Positions 48,761 to 57,421 of a stretch of 61,600 bases of DNA are shown one piece after another. This DNA comes from Escherichia phage PTXU04: the sequence record NC_048193.1; one strand, written 5' to 3'. The position numbers were made by a program, and so were the translations under genes. How positions within the stretch are numbered: the stretch's first letter is position 1; every line of letters starts with the position of its first letter. The notes beneath the pieces are model-generated. The model had not been told where the DNA came from, ran no database searches, and worked only from the letters and a program-made list of their open reading frames with translations.

Positions 48761-49390
48761 TTAATCCGCGCTAATGAATGAATCTACATCCGGCGGCCAC
48801 ACGTCTTGCGATTGCGGCGGTAACGCGGGTTTGTTATTGAGTTTGGCGTAAGCCTTACACACCCACTCAACCTGGTACCGGGCATCATGCAGCGCGTTAT
48901 GATACTGGATATGTGCCGGACGCGTGCGGGGCATCTGCATACCTGCAAGCATCATGATTGTGCGCATGTCGTAGATATTCCAGTATTTCCACGGGTATTG
49001 ATGTCCATACGTGCTGATCACAGGGTTGGTTTGACGTAGCCACCATTCAAGCTGGGCGATGTCCATCACCGATCCGTTACCCCAAATGCCGGAGTTGCCC
49101 AGGTTGTATTTATAGAACCACTCACGCAGGCTACGCGCCACGTTGCGCGGGTCGCTGGTACCGTTGTACGCTTCAGCCCTGGCCGCTTCGTCCTGACTTT
49201 CCCACCACTTCAGGGTAGAAAGGCTGGGCGTGCCGTATTTCTGCGCCAGGTTGCGGTCCATGCGCTCGTAAAACTCTGCCACAATCTCACCGCTGGTAAT
49301 GTCAAACGCTACCAGGCCGATGGTAAGGATTGGACCGTTTGGCTCAACGCTGAGGTTCTCAACGTCTGCCATTACGTGAATATTACTCAC
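48761..49390 (-). CDS. 3'-5' exonuclease (DnaQ-like, DEDDh)
   Basis: 209 aa; ADVENL (Exo I D-x-E) and YHNALHDARYQ (Exo III H-x4-D) motifs. Confidence 0.55.
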   Translation of the reverse strand: MSNIHVMADVENLSVEPNGPILTIGLVAFDITSGEIVAEFYERMDRNLAQKYGTPSLSTLKWWESQDEAARAEAYNGTSDPRNVARSLREWFYKYNLGNSGIWGNGSVMDIAQLEWWLRQTNPVISTYGHQYPWKYWNIYDMRTIMMLAGMQMPRTRPAHIQYHNALHDARYQVEWVCKAYAKLNNKPALPPQSQDVWPPDVDSFISAD

Positions 49391-49626
49391 GGTTTAATCT
49401 CCTTCAGTGAGTCGCGCCATTCACCCGGTGGCAACTCAAGTTGGGGGCAGTCGGTGTCAAAGCACGTACCGATACCGCTTAACAGACCGTCTTCAGGCCA
49501 CCAGATAAAATTACGCAGCTTAGGTTCGCCGACGAACGCGTAAACAGTCCCGTCACTGTCAGCCGCCAGGTGTGTAGCGTTATCCGGTACATCGACATCG
49601 TGACCGTAATAATTTACTGTTTTCAT
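49387..49626 (-). CDS. hypothetical protein
   Basis: 79-aa ORF, 4-nt overlaps with flanking genes. Confidence 0.4.
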   Translation of the reverse strand: MKTVNYYGHDVDVPDNATHLAADSDGTVYAFVGEPKLRNFIWWPEDGLLSGIGTCFDTDCPQLELPPGEWRDSLKEIKP

Positions 49627-50156
49627 TTATTACTCTCCCCATCCAGTACAGCAGCACACAGGCTATCAACCTGCACCACGATCACCCGGTCCGAAAGCGC
49701 TTCGAATGCTGCGCAAACTTTAGGGTCATCCTCAAAGCACGTAAATTTCTCAGTGCCGTAGGTCTTCAGCAGGCGGAGCAGGGCATCAGCTTTGAACTCT
49801 TCCGCGCTGCGGTGGTCATCCATCGGTCGCATCTGCAACTTAATGAGCGTGCGGCTCAACTCCAGATCATTATGCAGGCGGTCCATCGTCGGCAGGTAGG
49901 CAGACTTACCGCGCCCGGTGAGGAATCGCACATCTTCGCCACTGGCTAACAGTTGTTTGATAATAGCCAACATGTTAGGGATCGGCTTATCACCACGGCA
50001 CGCACCATTAAACTGCGCCCAGGCTTCGGTGCTGTTGCGGTTGTCGCCAGTTGGCATCAGGTGCGCGCGGTGGCGATTGTCGTACAGGGTACCGTCTAAA
50101 TCACAGATGTAGATCATTTCAATATCATCTCCAGGACTTTGTAGAAAAAGTAACAC
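49623..50156 (-). CDS. HAD-superfamily phosphatase-like protein
   Basis: 177 aa; N-terminal ICDLDGTLYD (DxDGT motif of HAD phosphatases/nucleotidases). Confidence 0.5.
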   Translation of the reverse strand: MLLFLQSPGDDIEMIYICDLDGTLYDNRHRAHLMPTGDNRNSTEAWAQFNGACRGDKPIPNMLAIIKQLLASGEDVRFLTGRGKSAYLPTMDRLHNDLELSRTLIKLQMRPMDDHRSAEEFKADALLRLLKTYGTEKFTCFEDDPKVCAAFEALSDRVIVVQVDSLCAAVLDGESNK

Positions 50157-50172
50157 AGCACGATAAGAAATA

Positions 50173-50514
50173 TTAACGCGATGATTTGTTCCATAACTTT
50201 AAAGTCTCCGTAAAAATATACTCGGCCAGGTAGGTTAGTGCTTCATGGTTGTCATGGTCAACCCTGATCCCTACGTGATTTAAAACATCCCATGCTGAGT
50301 GTATAGCTTCGTGCATCACCAGTGACGGTGAAGGCTCCCTGATATACACCACACATGGCCCTATGTGCTCAACGGTAGCGAAGGCGTTTGTTAATGCGTA
50401 ATCATCGCCCTTGCGGTCCGGGAAGTCCTTCAGGTATTTTTCAAGACTGAAGTAGACCCGGAGTTTTCCGGGGTAGATTTTGAATTTGATGATGCCGTCT
50501 GCCATAGTACCCAC
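50173..50514 (-). CDS. small HExxH-motif protein (possible zinc metallopeptidase-like)
   Basis: 113 aa; HEAIHSAW contains a HExxH zinc-binding signature. Confidence 0.4.
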   Translation of the reverse strand: MGTMADGIIKFKIYPGKLRVYFSLEKYLKDFPDRKGDDYALTNAFATVEHIGPCVVYIREPSPSLVMHEAIHSAWDVLNHVGIRVDHDNHEALTYLAEYIFTETLKLWNKSSR

Positions 50515-50699
50515 TCGTTTCGCTCATCGCCCGGTACCAGCCAGCCTTCTTTCACCAGTTGGTCGCACGTTTCATCAAGACTGGCGGGAACAACCTTCGC
50601 CCCCGTCAGCGCCCAGCGGTGGCCGCCTACTTGCTGCGGGTAGTGGTACAGCTTCGCACCCGCTTTAAGCTCGACCGTCAGCACATAGCCGCGCATCAT
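50430..50699 (-). CDS. hypothetical protein (overlaps 50173-50514 in another frame)
   Basis: 89-aa ORF filling the gap to the next gene; the ~75-85 nt overlap lowers confidence. Confidence 0.3.
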   Translation of the reverse strand: MMRGYVLTVELKAGAKLYHYPQQVGGHRWALTGAKVVPASLDETCDQLVKEGWLVPGDERNEWVLWQTASSNSKSTPENSGSTSVLKNT

Positions 50700-50980
50700 G
50701 ACTTGCTTAACTCCAGACCGTCCAGAGTGAAGTCAAGGATTGCCGTCGGGTCATCCTTGCGGATCAGCTGCGCCATAATGCGTACAGCACGATCGCAGGT
50801 GTTTGGTGTGACCAGTGGCATCCCACCGCCGGAGATAATGCACGCCGGAATCTTATCGGCTTCCGTCACAATATACGTTGTGGTGAAACTGTATTTGTGA
50901 GTTTTAATGTTAGCGTGTGCTACGTTCATGCCTACAGCCATTGCCGCGTATGCAGCCACAATCATAATAATGTATTTCAT
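50696..50980 (-). CDS. secreted/periplasmic protein with signal peptide
   Basis: 94 aa; N-terminal MKYIIMIVAAYAAMAVGMNVAHA looks like a Sec signal peptide with AHA cleavage site. Confidence 0.45.
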   Translation of the reverse strand: MKYIIMIVAAYAAMAVGMNVAHANIKTHKYSFTTTYIVTEADKIPACIISGGGMPLVTPNTCDRAVRIMAQLIRKDDPTAILDFTLDGLELSKS

Positions 50981-51312
50981 TTTAAAGTCCTCAATGATAG
51001 GAAAAGTTTTTCGCGGCGCGACTCAAACGCCCGGCGACAGTCGTCGATTGCGGCTTGTGCTGTAAGGTACGCATTACTTTCGTACTCACGTTCATCGTTA
51101 GCGCGAGCAACGCATACCCATGTACCGTTACGATAACGCTTCAGTAAATGCGAATCGCGTTTGTATTGACATGCACCCATATTGTCAAAGCTGATCAGTT
51201 CCCAGCCTTCCGGTGCGATACTCAGTGCTTCGTTTACGTTCACTCGATTAACCCTCTGTGTTGTTGGTGAACTAAATATAATTGATGGCTTCCATGCCGT
51301 CAAGTAAATCAT
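50977..51312 (-). CDS. hypothetical protein (start uncertain)
   Basis: 111-aa ORF; a predicted promoter (51275-51303) lies inside its first codons, so an alternative GTG start at 51243 (AGAGGG RBS) is plausible. Confidence 0.4.
   Translation of the reverse strand: MIYLTAWKPSIIFSSPTTQRVNRVNVNEALSIAPEGWELISFDNMGACQYKRDSHLLKRYRNGTWVCVARANDEREYESNAYLTAQAAIDDCRRAFESRREKLFLSLRTLK
51275..51303 (-). promoter_or_regulatory. putative sigma70-like early promoter
   Basis: On the - strand: -35 TTGACG (51303-51298), 17-nt spacer, -10 TATATT (51280-51275). Confidence 0.4.
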
Positions 51313-51525
51313 TTACCAACTAGCAAAACATTTATCGGTCGGTTGGCGGATCATCCATTCACCATAAATAAACTTAATCGTTAGAAACGTGTCGTTGCGG
51401 TTACCTTTAATCGCCTTAACTTTTAGCGCCCGTCTAAGGTTCCGCCAGCGCGGCTCCCATACCAGATCGCCAGGGTTAAGTTTGCCGTAGGTAGTCAGGC
51501 GGAAGTGTGGTTTATTTGTTGCCAT
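51313..51525 (-). CDS. hypothetical protein
   Basis: ORF-track frame 51313-51573; likely start at ATG 51525 to limit overlap with the upstream gene. Confidence 0.35.
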   Translation of the reverse strand: MATNKPHFRLTTYGKLNPGDLVWEPRWRNLRRALKVKAIKGNRNDTFLTIKFIYGEWMIRQPTDKCFASW

Positions 51526-52165
51526 CGGATGGTACCCCACACAGCGCGTTAAGCGTGGACACATCAAGCGCAATCTCGGTTGACTGCGGTTTCTCGGTCG
51601 CCGGGATTAATTCAGCCGCTTCCGGCCAGGCTTTCAACAGCGCAGCAACATTGCGGAACGGCTTAAGCTGGGCTTTCAGTGTGGAGTGAAGGTTCTCGTA
51701 GTCCTTGCGCAGCGCCTTAGCGTCGGCATCGATCGCCATAAGCTCATCGCGTGCGGATTCATACGGGTAGACCAGACCTTCACCAACAGGCCAGGCGGGT
51801 ACGATGCAATGCTCGACGTCAGCGCCGCTGTCAGCGAACAATGACCGCGCCTCATCATAACGGTTGCCGTAGTGCAGACCGTCAATGCGTAAGTTGTGAC
51901 TGTGACCGCACACGTTGACGTAAAAGTAATCGCTCGTTACCTGAGCGTGAACAGTGCCGAACGCTTTTAAGTCGTCATTGATATGATCAGCGTCACGTTT
52001 GAGCGCCAAGATTTCCTCAATGCTCAGACCGGATTGCTTCAGGAAGTAGTCACGGATACGCACAGCCACCGCAGAGCGACGGGCGCAGATGGCCTTGTCG
52101 CGTTCGACGATACCGGATTTGTGCTCGGCGTTGCGTAAGATAGCGTCTATAATTGATTGTTTCAT
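51512..52165 (-). CDS. hypothetical protein
   Basis: 217-aa ORF; no confident motif (a CGHSHN segment is not enough to call a phosphoesterase). Confidence 0.45.
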   Translation of the reverse strand: MKQSIIDAILRNAEHKSGIVERDKAICARRSAVAVRIRDYFLKQSGLSIEEILALKRDADHINDDLKAFGTVHAQVTSDYFYVNVCGHSHNLRIDGLHYGNRYDEARSLFADSGADVEHCIVPAWPVGEGLVYPYESARDELMAIDADAKALRKDYENLHSTLKAQLKPFRNVAALLKAWPEAAELIPATEKPQSTEIALDVSTLNALCGVPSDGNK

Positions 52166-52863
52166 TATTTGTTAGCCTCATATACTGCACGGGCAAAGCC
52201 GCGCGGGGTTAGTGATCGGATGGTTTTAGTCTTCGCAGACTTGCCGCCTAACTTGTGGTACTGTTTGCTGTACCCTGGCGGGATGGGTATTGGCAATTTA
52301 ACAGGATACCGGAAGCCGTTACCCGTCCAAAGGTTTGTAGTCTTCGGATACATGTCGCGCGCTTCGATGTACTCAGGGAAGAACGGATTAATATCATCTT
52401 CCGGCAGGTACCCGGCAAACTCCCACGGCTGGAAAGTATAATCAGGCTTTTGCCATAGCGTTGATAATACTCCGCGCGGGTTCTCCACCATGTACGGCAC
52501 GTTAAACCAGCACCCTAAACCCTCGGCAATGCGTGCGGTCTTCGTGGCCTCAATCTGAAAATCAGGATTCTTCTCACGCTTGCGCGGGAATGCTGGCGCA
52601 CCGGATACCGCTAAATCCGTGCACGGTGGGAACGCAAATATTAAATCCGGTGTTCCCCACTCACCCGCGATCGCCTTCAGAGTCCACAGGCTATCAATCC
52701 AGGCGTTTACGTAGTGAATGTTTGGATGCTCCACTCGGCACCCGAATTTAGTGTAAGGCCCGTGGTCGCCCTCGTCCGCGTTGAAACAGTAGACTGTGTG
52801 ACCAGCCTCCGCCCACGGCTGACCCATCAGGCCGGACCCGTCGAACAGGGACCAGATGATCAT
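52165..52863 (-). CDS. DNA cytosine-C5 methyltransferase-like protein (compact)
   Basis: 232 aa; motif I-like LFDGSG, motif IV-like FPPCTDLAVSG (Pro-Cys), motif VI-like YMVENPRG (ENV-like). Unusually short for a C5-MTase; no obvious target-recognition domain. Confidence 0.45.
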   Translation of the reverse strand: MIIWSLFDGSGLMGQPWAEAGHTVYCFNADEGDHGPYTKFGCRVEHPNIHYVNAWIDSLWTLKAIAGEWGTPDLIFAFPPCTDLAVSGAPAFPRKREKNPDFQIEATKTARIAEGLGCWFNVPYMVENPRGVLSTLWQKPDYTFQPWEFAGYLPEDDINPFFPEYIEARDMYPKTTNLWTGNGFRYPVKLPIPIPPGYSKQYHKLGGKSAKTKTIRSLTPRGFARAVYEANK

Positions 52864-53096
52864 TGCATTTTCTCCAGACCTTTACGCGCACAGTCAACCA
52901 TGCAGCGTATGACGCCTTCAGGATCGTTGACATGCTCCAACATCATTTTACTGACAACGCGCGATATACCATACGTTTGACCTAACACGTCATCATAACC
53001 ACGCCAAACAAACATAATGCGGTCACCATCGCTTGAGATTTCACAGCGAAAACCGTCGATGTATACCAGTTCCAGCAGTTTCATAAAGTCGATCAT
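52860..53096 (-). CDS. hypothetical protein
   Basis: 78-aa ORF, coupled to neighbours. Confidence 0.4.
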   Translation of the reverse strand: MIDFMKLLELVYIDGFRCEISSDGDRIMFVWRGYDDVLGQTYGISRVVSKMMLEHVNDPEGVIRCMVDCARKGLEKMQ

Positions 53097-53278
53097 TGTC
53101 TTTTCTCCAGCCGCTCCAGTCGGTCGAACAGTTCATCAATCGCATCGTTACGTGTATCGCCACGCACGGTCTGAGGTCTACCGCAACCAGATAAACAATA
53201 CACTTCCTCTTTCAGTATTTCGCGTGCGGTAGGTTGCACTACTGGCGCGCCGCAGTGCTCGCAATAAGCCCATGCCAT
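53093..53278 (-). CDS. zinc-ribbon protein
   Basis: 61 aa; CEHCGAP ... CLSGCGRP (CxxC-x17-CxxxC). Confidence 0.4.
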   Translation of the reverse strand: MAWAYCEHCGAPVVQPTAREILKEEVYCLSGCGRPQTVRGDTRNDAIDELFDRLERLEKRQ

Positions 53279-53279
53279 G

Positions 53280-53507
53280 TTATTTCCCCCACCATTTCTT
53301 TTTATCGTTAAGCCAGGCTTGCGCCGCTTCCAGGCTGTCTAAGTTACCAGACCATTTGCCGTTATATTGTGCGTAATAAATACCGCGCAGCTTGTGAATC
53401 TCGTTACCGTTACGATCACGATAGTAGGCGGTGTCCATGTCAGCGATGAAGTAAAACAGTTTGAAGCCGCCCGGTGTTAACGCTAAAGCCTGCTCGATGG
53501 TCATCAT
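53280..53507 (-). CDS. hypothetical protein
   Basis: 75-aa ORF. Confidence 0.4.
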   Translation of the reverse strand: MMTIEQALALTPGGFKLFYFIADMDTAYYRDRNGNEIHKLRGIYYAQYNGKWSGNLDSLEAAQAWLNDKKKWWGK

Positions 53508-53698
53508 GATATTAATTCACCTATCGTTACGTTGAGCGCCGCAGCTAACTCGGTTAGAGTTTTCAGGCGCGGGTTGTTTGCTTTCAGTACCATGAACAGA
53601 GCGCCACGTTTCCAGCCTGCGCGCCGTTCCACCTCACTAAGACTTATGGCCTCCCGCTCGGCCAGGTATTGCACACGGGCTTTTAAATTAATCGCCAT
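53504..53698 (-). CDS. HTH (XRE/Cro-like) DNA-binding protein
   Basis: ORF-track frame 53504-53758; ATG 53698 chosen because the longer form would translate through the hairpin at 53704-53718. LSEVERRAGWKRGALFMVLKANNPRLKTLTELAAALNVTIGELI is HTH-like. No clear SD. Confidence 0.4.
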   Translation of the reverse strand: MAINLKARVQYLAEREAISLSEVERRAGWKRGALFMVLKANNPRLKTLTELAAALNVTIGELIS

Positions 53699-53703
53699 AG
53701 TTT

Positions 53704-53718
53704 GGGGGCCGAAGCCCC
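53704..53718 (-). terminator. GGGGC-UUCG-GCCCC tetraloop hairpin (- strand transcript)
   Basis: Same hairpin sequence as the + strand copies at 3527-3540 and 10636-10651; lies between the lipoprotein gene stop and the HTH gene start. Confidence 0.4.
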
Positions 53719-53726
53719 ACCCTTTA

Positions 53727-53912
53727 TTACTTTTCGCCACCCTTAGCCGCAGCATCACGGGAAGCCTGAGCGTTCTCGGCGCGTTGCTGCGCGTTAGGTG
53801 AATCCGACTCAGCGCGCCCGGTTTGACCGGATACGTTTGGATTGTACCCGACGTTGGCAGAGCAACCAGCCAGCAGAGTAGCCAGAACGATAGCGATGAT
53901 AGATTTAGACAT
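53727..53912 (-). CDS. small lipoprotein (signal peptide with lipobox LLAGC)
   Basis: ORF-track frame 53727-54050 trimmed to ATG 53912 (AGGAG RBS 8 nt upstream); MSKSIIAIVLATLLAGCSANVG is a canonical lipoprotein signal; 61 aa. Confidence 0.5.
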   Translation of the reverse strand: MSKSIIAIVLATLLAGCSANVGYNPNVSGQTGRAESDSPNAQQRAENAQASRDAAAKGGEK

Positions 53913-54090
53913 GTTTGAAGCTCCTATTGTTTGTGATGGAAAGGAGGCCGCCACCACGTCGACCATAAAATTTGTTAACGCCAGAGTTCTACCGGAAGAC
54001 CGAACACGAACCGGAGAACCGCCCACACTGCAACCATTGACATCACCCACAACGCCAGGGAGAAGGCAAGACCTGTGATTATGCTTTGCA

Positions 54091-54225
54091 TTACAACCGC
54101 CTTAATTGTGTGATAATGTCGTTAAAGGTGGCGTAGTCGCACGTCATAACCCACAGCGCTGACAGTATGAAAATGGCGATTGACAGTTTAAGTGCCGCGC
54201 TTGCGAATACATTAAAACCAGCCAT
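54091..54225 (-). CDS. small hydrophobic protein (tentative, below ORF-track cutoff)
   Basis: Hand-translated 44-aa ORF MAGFNVFASAALKLSIAIFILSALWVMTCDYATFNDIITQLRRL with one predicted TM helix; start overlaps the end of 54212-54571. Confidence 0.25.
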   Translation of the reverse strand: MAGFNVFASAALKLSIAIFILSALWVMTCDYATFNDIITQLRRL

Positions 54226-54571
54226 AGATCCCCCCGCAGTGTTTCATTGCGTCGTACAGGTTAGAAAATGCCATACCTTGTGTAAGGCCGTTCATGGTGT
54301 ACCATTTACCGTTACGCTCGTCCAGCTTGATAGCCCGGTTTAACGCATTGTGATAAAGGGCGTTCCCACCGTACACGCGGACCATGTAAACTTCCCCGTT
54401 GCGTGCGGTCACTGACACGGTGATCAGATGACCTTCCTCGGTACCCACCAGGGTAGCACCGTCACAAAAGTAAATGTTATCGCCCTGGTGCTCGCTGCGC
54501 TCCAGCGGAAAGTCTGTAATGTGCGCGACGGCGGCAATAATTCTCGGTAAGTTACTCACAGGAAACCCCAC
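54212..54571 (-). CDS. hypothetical protein
   Basis: 119-aa ORF. Confidence 0.45.
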   Translation of the reverse strand: MGFPVSNLPRIIAAVAHITDFPLERSEHQGDNIYFCDGATLVGTEEGHLITVSVTARNGEVYMVRVYGGNALYHNALNRAIKLDERNGKWYTMNGLTQGMAFSNLYDAMKHCGGIYGWF

Positions 54572-54721
54572 ATTTCACAAATATATTTCACGGTTGCCGA
54601 TATTGCGATCAGCGTCATGCAAGCACTTAACACAGCCACAAAATGATCTTTCACAGGAACCCCCACAACGTTAACGACAGATAACCCAGCGTTACATAGA
54701 AACCGATTGTTAATGTAGTGC

Positions 54722-55000
54722 TCACTGGCTGGCCTCCTTCACCATCCGGGCAGCCTCGCGCATTATCTTAGCGCGGTTGGCTACCGTGGACTTGATGCCG
54801 TGCTGAGCTAACAGGCGGCGCGTCGTGGTAAACTGGTGCGGCGGGAAGATAGCCGCAAAAAAGTTATCGTCGTAACGCTCCAGTCGGTCGAGGTCCACCA
54901 GGTCAGCTACTGCGTGACGCATAGCCTTTGATACAAAGATTGACCAGTCGGTACCCTCCGGTGCTTTGCGTGCTAAGGTATTCATGACACCATCTCCCAT
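54722..55000 (-). CDS. hypothetical protein
   Basis: 92-aa ORF. Confidence 0.45.
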   Translation of the reverse strand: MGDGVMNTLARKAPEGTDWSIFVSKAMRHAVADLVDLDRLERYDDNFFAAIFPPHQFTTTRRLLAQHGIKSTVANRAKIMREAARMVKEASQ

Positions 55001-55242
55001 GCGTGATGAACAATCTTACCCATTGCCTCATCAAAGCTATTACATTGCACACTATCGAGATTGCGGAACCGTACTAGGTTATCGCGGTAAGCAACAGCCA
55101 TCAGGTGAGCGCCATAATACAATTCAATCTCAATAGAGTGACCTTTGTTAGCCTTTATCACCCAGCCGAGCGGCAACACGTTAGCGCGCCCGGTGTTTTC
55201 TGCATAGGCCAGCGCTTCGGCTGGCGTTGGGTATTTGTTCAT
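54982..55242 (-). CDS. hypothetical protein
   Basis: 86-aa ORF. Confidence 0.45.
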   Translation of the reverse strand: MNKYPTPAEALAYAENTGRANVLPLGWVIKANKGHSIEIELYYGAHLMAVAYRDNLVRFRNLDSVQCNSFDEAMGKIVHHAWEMVS

Positions 55243-55244
55243 GA

Positions 55245-55559
55245 TCAGAATCTCACGTTCAGAATAACGATTACCGGTTTATTCCCCAGGCTGTAGGAGT
55301 CACCGAACAACAGCGCGCCCATGAAGTCACCGCGTGACAGGTTGGAGGCGCTCACGGTGCACACCTGGCCGTTATGCAGCACGGTATCACCTGGCTTGAT
55401 GGCGCTAATGTGCTTGCCGAATAACTGCGCGTCTTTGTAAACGCGGATGTTATATTCAGGCGCTACCGTCTTTTTCAGAGAAGCGATCACCGCCTCGCTA
55501 TCCAGCATGTTGATGTTTTCTGCCGCCATCAGTGCCGCAATATTTTCCAATGCTTTCAT
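55245..55559 (-). CDS. hypothetical protein
   Basis: 104-aa ORF; leader on the - strand is TTAACAGGAGATAAACAA-ATG with a hairpin (55577-55606) just upstream. Confidence 0.45.
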   Translation of the reverse strand: MKALENIAALMAAENINMLDSEAVIASLKKTVAPEYNIRVYKDAQLFGKHISAIKPGDTVLHNGQVCTVSASNLSRGDFMGALLFGDSYSLGNKPVIVILNVRF

Positions 55560-55625
55560 TTGTTTATCTCCTGTTAAGGGGTGTTAGTGGTTTTAATAAG
55601 GCACCCCGCAAGATGCCTGATAAAA

Positions 55626-55865
55626 CTACTGGATGATATAGGCGAATCCGGTACCGTCTGGAGTTTCACCGCTGGCAATGATTTTCCACTCAATATCAGT
55701 GCGCGCTTTCAGGTCTGCAATCAGAGCGTTGGCCGCTTCGGTGTGCGCTTCTTTAATCTCAGAGCAAGGGTAAGCGATAGTTACTTTACCGTTCCAGCAT
55801 TTAGCAACGATGCGAGCGCCACGGGAATTAGTAGGAGCCAGGAATTTAGTGATGATAGTTTGCAT
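55626..55865 (-). CDS. hypothetical protein
   Basis: 79-aa ORF; conserved leader AAAGAGAGAGAAACAAA-ATG; predicted promoter at 55918-55946. Confidence 0.45.
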   Translation of the reverse strand: MQTIITKFLAPTNSRGARIVAKCWNGKVTIAYPCSEIKEAHTEAANALIADLKARTDIEWKIIASGETPDGTGFAYIIQ

Positions 55866-55917
55866 TTTGTTTCTCTCTCTTTTTGAGGTGGGAAGCGGTA
55901 TTGCCTCCCAGTGATTT

Positions 55918-55946
55918 AAAGATACTACTAATCAGATTTAGCGTCA
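55918..55946 (-). promoter_or_regulatory. putative sigma70-like early promoter (weaker -10)
   Basis: On the - strand: -35 TTGACG (55946-55941), 17-nt spacer, -10 TATTTT (55923-55918). Confidence 0.3.
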
Positions 55947-55971
55947 AGTAATTATTTCACGAATTTTTAAA

Positions 55972-56298
55972 TTACTTTAGCGCCGCCACCAGCTTGATAT
56001 AGTCGATGGCATCCTCAAGCGTCCTGACATGTACCGGGGGACGGTCCCGCAGATGCACAATCACGTAGTTGGTGTACAGAATGCAGCGCGCGAACTCGTC
56101 GCCGTCAGGGTAACGCACAGACACAACCGGACCCACTTCCGATACTATGTAACCCTCGATGGCTGGCAGGCGCGCAGGGCGTACTACGGGCTTTAACTGG
56201 TCTATCGCATCCTGAAGCCAGGCGGTGACCTCTGCGGCTGACTTGCCGTTTTCCAGGGCGTGCAGGGCGTTGATAATATTAGCGCGTGCATTATTCAT
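55972..56298 (-). CDS. hypothetical protein
   Basis: 108-aa ORF. Confidence 0.45.
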   Translation of the reverse strand: MNNARANIINALHALENGKSAAEVTAWLQDAIDQLKPVVRPARLPAIEGYIVSEVGPVVSVRYPDGDEFARCILYTNYVIVHLRDRPPVHVRTLEDAIDYIKLVAALK

Positions 56299-56708
56299 TT
56301 GTTCAGACCTCCGTTAACAATAAAATTGAATGCGTCGTTAAAGTTATTAAAGCGGTGGCGCGGTACTGTACCAGCATCGCACACCACATATTTAAAACCG
56401 ACCTTAACGATCTGGCCTACCCGCTTGTCGTCATGTACACGGGCAACGCGCCAGGTATGCACGCCTACCTGCTCCGACTTATAGCGGATTTTGAATTTAA
56501 GGTACGCCGCCAGCACCTTGTCGGCCCACTTCTGGCGCTCCTCTTTTGGAACAAACGACGAGCAGCGATCCGCCAGCTTGAAGGTATTAACGGTTAACCC
56601 CCAGTCGTTATGACAAGAAAGGTACACCGAGAACGGCGTGAATTGCAGGCGCACGTTGCGATACTTAAAACTCTGTTTTACTGCATGGTTAACGGTTACT
56701 TTACGCAT
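56295..56708 (-). CDS. hypothetical protein
   Basis: 137-aa ORF; shares an FKLAD motif with the next gene upstream. Confidence 0.45.
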   Translation of the reverse strand: MRKVTVNHAVKQSFKYRNVRLQFTPFSVYLSCHNDWGLTVNTFKLADRCSSFVPKEERQKWADKVLAAYLKFKIRYKSEQVGVHTWRVARVHDDKRVGQIVKVGFKYVVCDAGTVPRHRFNNFNDAFNFIVNGGLNK

Positions 56709-57105
56709 AATTAGTGCCTTTGATTGAGCAGGTTAGAAAAAGATCCATAACGTCATTCGTCCACTGTTCCCGGTCGCCTTCCTGATCGGCCAGTTTGAAC
56801 ATCTCCACATTGGGCGCTATCAGGTAGACCCCGGTTGTCGTGAATGACAGGCGCACGCTTGAGTAATTGAGGCATTCATTGACAGCGTGGCGCATGTCAT
56901 CGGCGCACGTTCTGGTACTCCACATAAATTTTAAAGTGCTATCAGGACGGTGGACACGCACAGCCATCTCACCGTCTGCCGTCTGCACAATACCGTAATG
57001 CCTTCCGGTTGACTGGTAGCGCACCCTTGCCGCTTTGATAGCCGCCGGGATAGACGTATATCGCCGATAACCTGGCGCGCCCTTAAGCTGGTTGGGATGC
57101 GGCAT
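56701..57105 (-). CDS. hypothetical protein
   Basis: 134-aa ORF. Confidence 0.45.
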   Translation of the reverse strand: MPHPNQLKGAPGYRRYTSIPAAIKAARVRYQSTGRHYGIVQTADGEMAVRVHRPDSTLKFMWSTRTCADDMRHAVNECLNYSSVRLSFTTTGVYLIAPNVEMFKLADQEGDREQWTNDVMDLFLTCSIKGTNYA

Positions 57106-57421
57106 CGGCTGATCCCCAGGCGCGATCTATCAGTCCTTGCAGCGCTCCCAGTTGTGTAGCGTGGTACCCTGCATCGCCCGGATCGCGGTCAACGTAGGCC
57201 CAGGCGTGGCCCTCAGTAGTCCGGCGCACCTTGCCGAACGCTACGTTGCTGGCATCAATGAGGGTATAGGTTACGGTATGTTTACCCTCGCGCACCATGC
57301 GCCAGCCTTTAGGAATGTGTAACTGTTGCCCGTAATACTCAAAGATTGAATAGTTGCCGTCGTCGTCAATCTGTGCGAGCAGGTCTACCAGGGCGGCGCG
57401 GATCTCTGCAATAGTTTTCAT
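57083..57421 (-). CDS. hypothetical protein (PKGW motif)
   Basis: 112-aa ORF; shares MKT start and a PKGW segment with the adjacent 119-aa ORF. Confidence 0.45.
   Translation of the reverse strand: MKTIAEIRAALVDLLAQIDDDGNYSIFEYYGQQLHIPKGWRMVREGKHTVTYTLIDASNVAFGKVRRTTEGHAWAYVDRDPGDAGYHATQLGALQGLIDRAWGSADAASQPA

Noticed and set aside
53504-53758. Longer N-terminal form of the HTH protein starting at 53758
   Set aside because: It would translate through the GGGGC-UUCG-GCCCC hairpin and overlap the lipoprotein gene by ~30 nt; the internal ATG at 53698 was preferred, though neither start has a clear SD.
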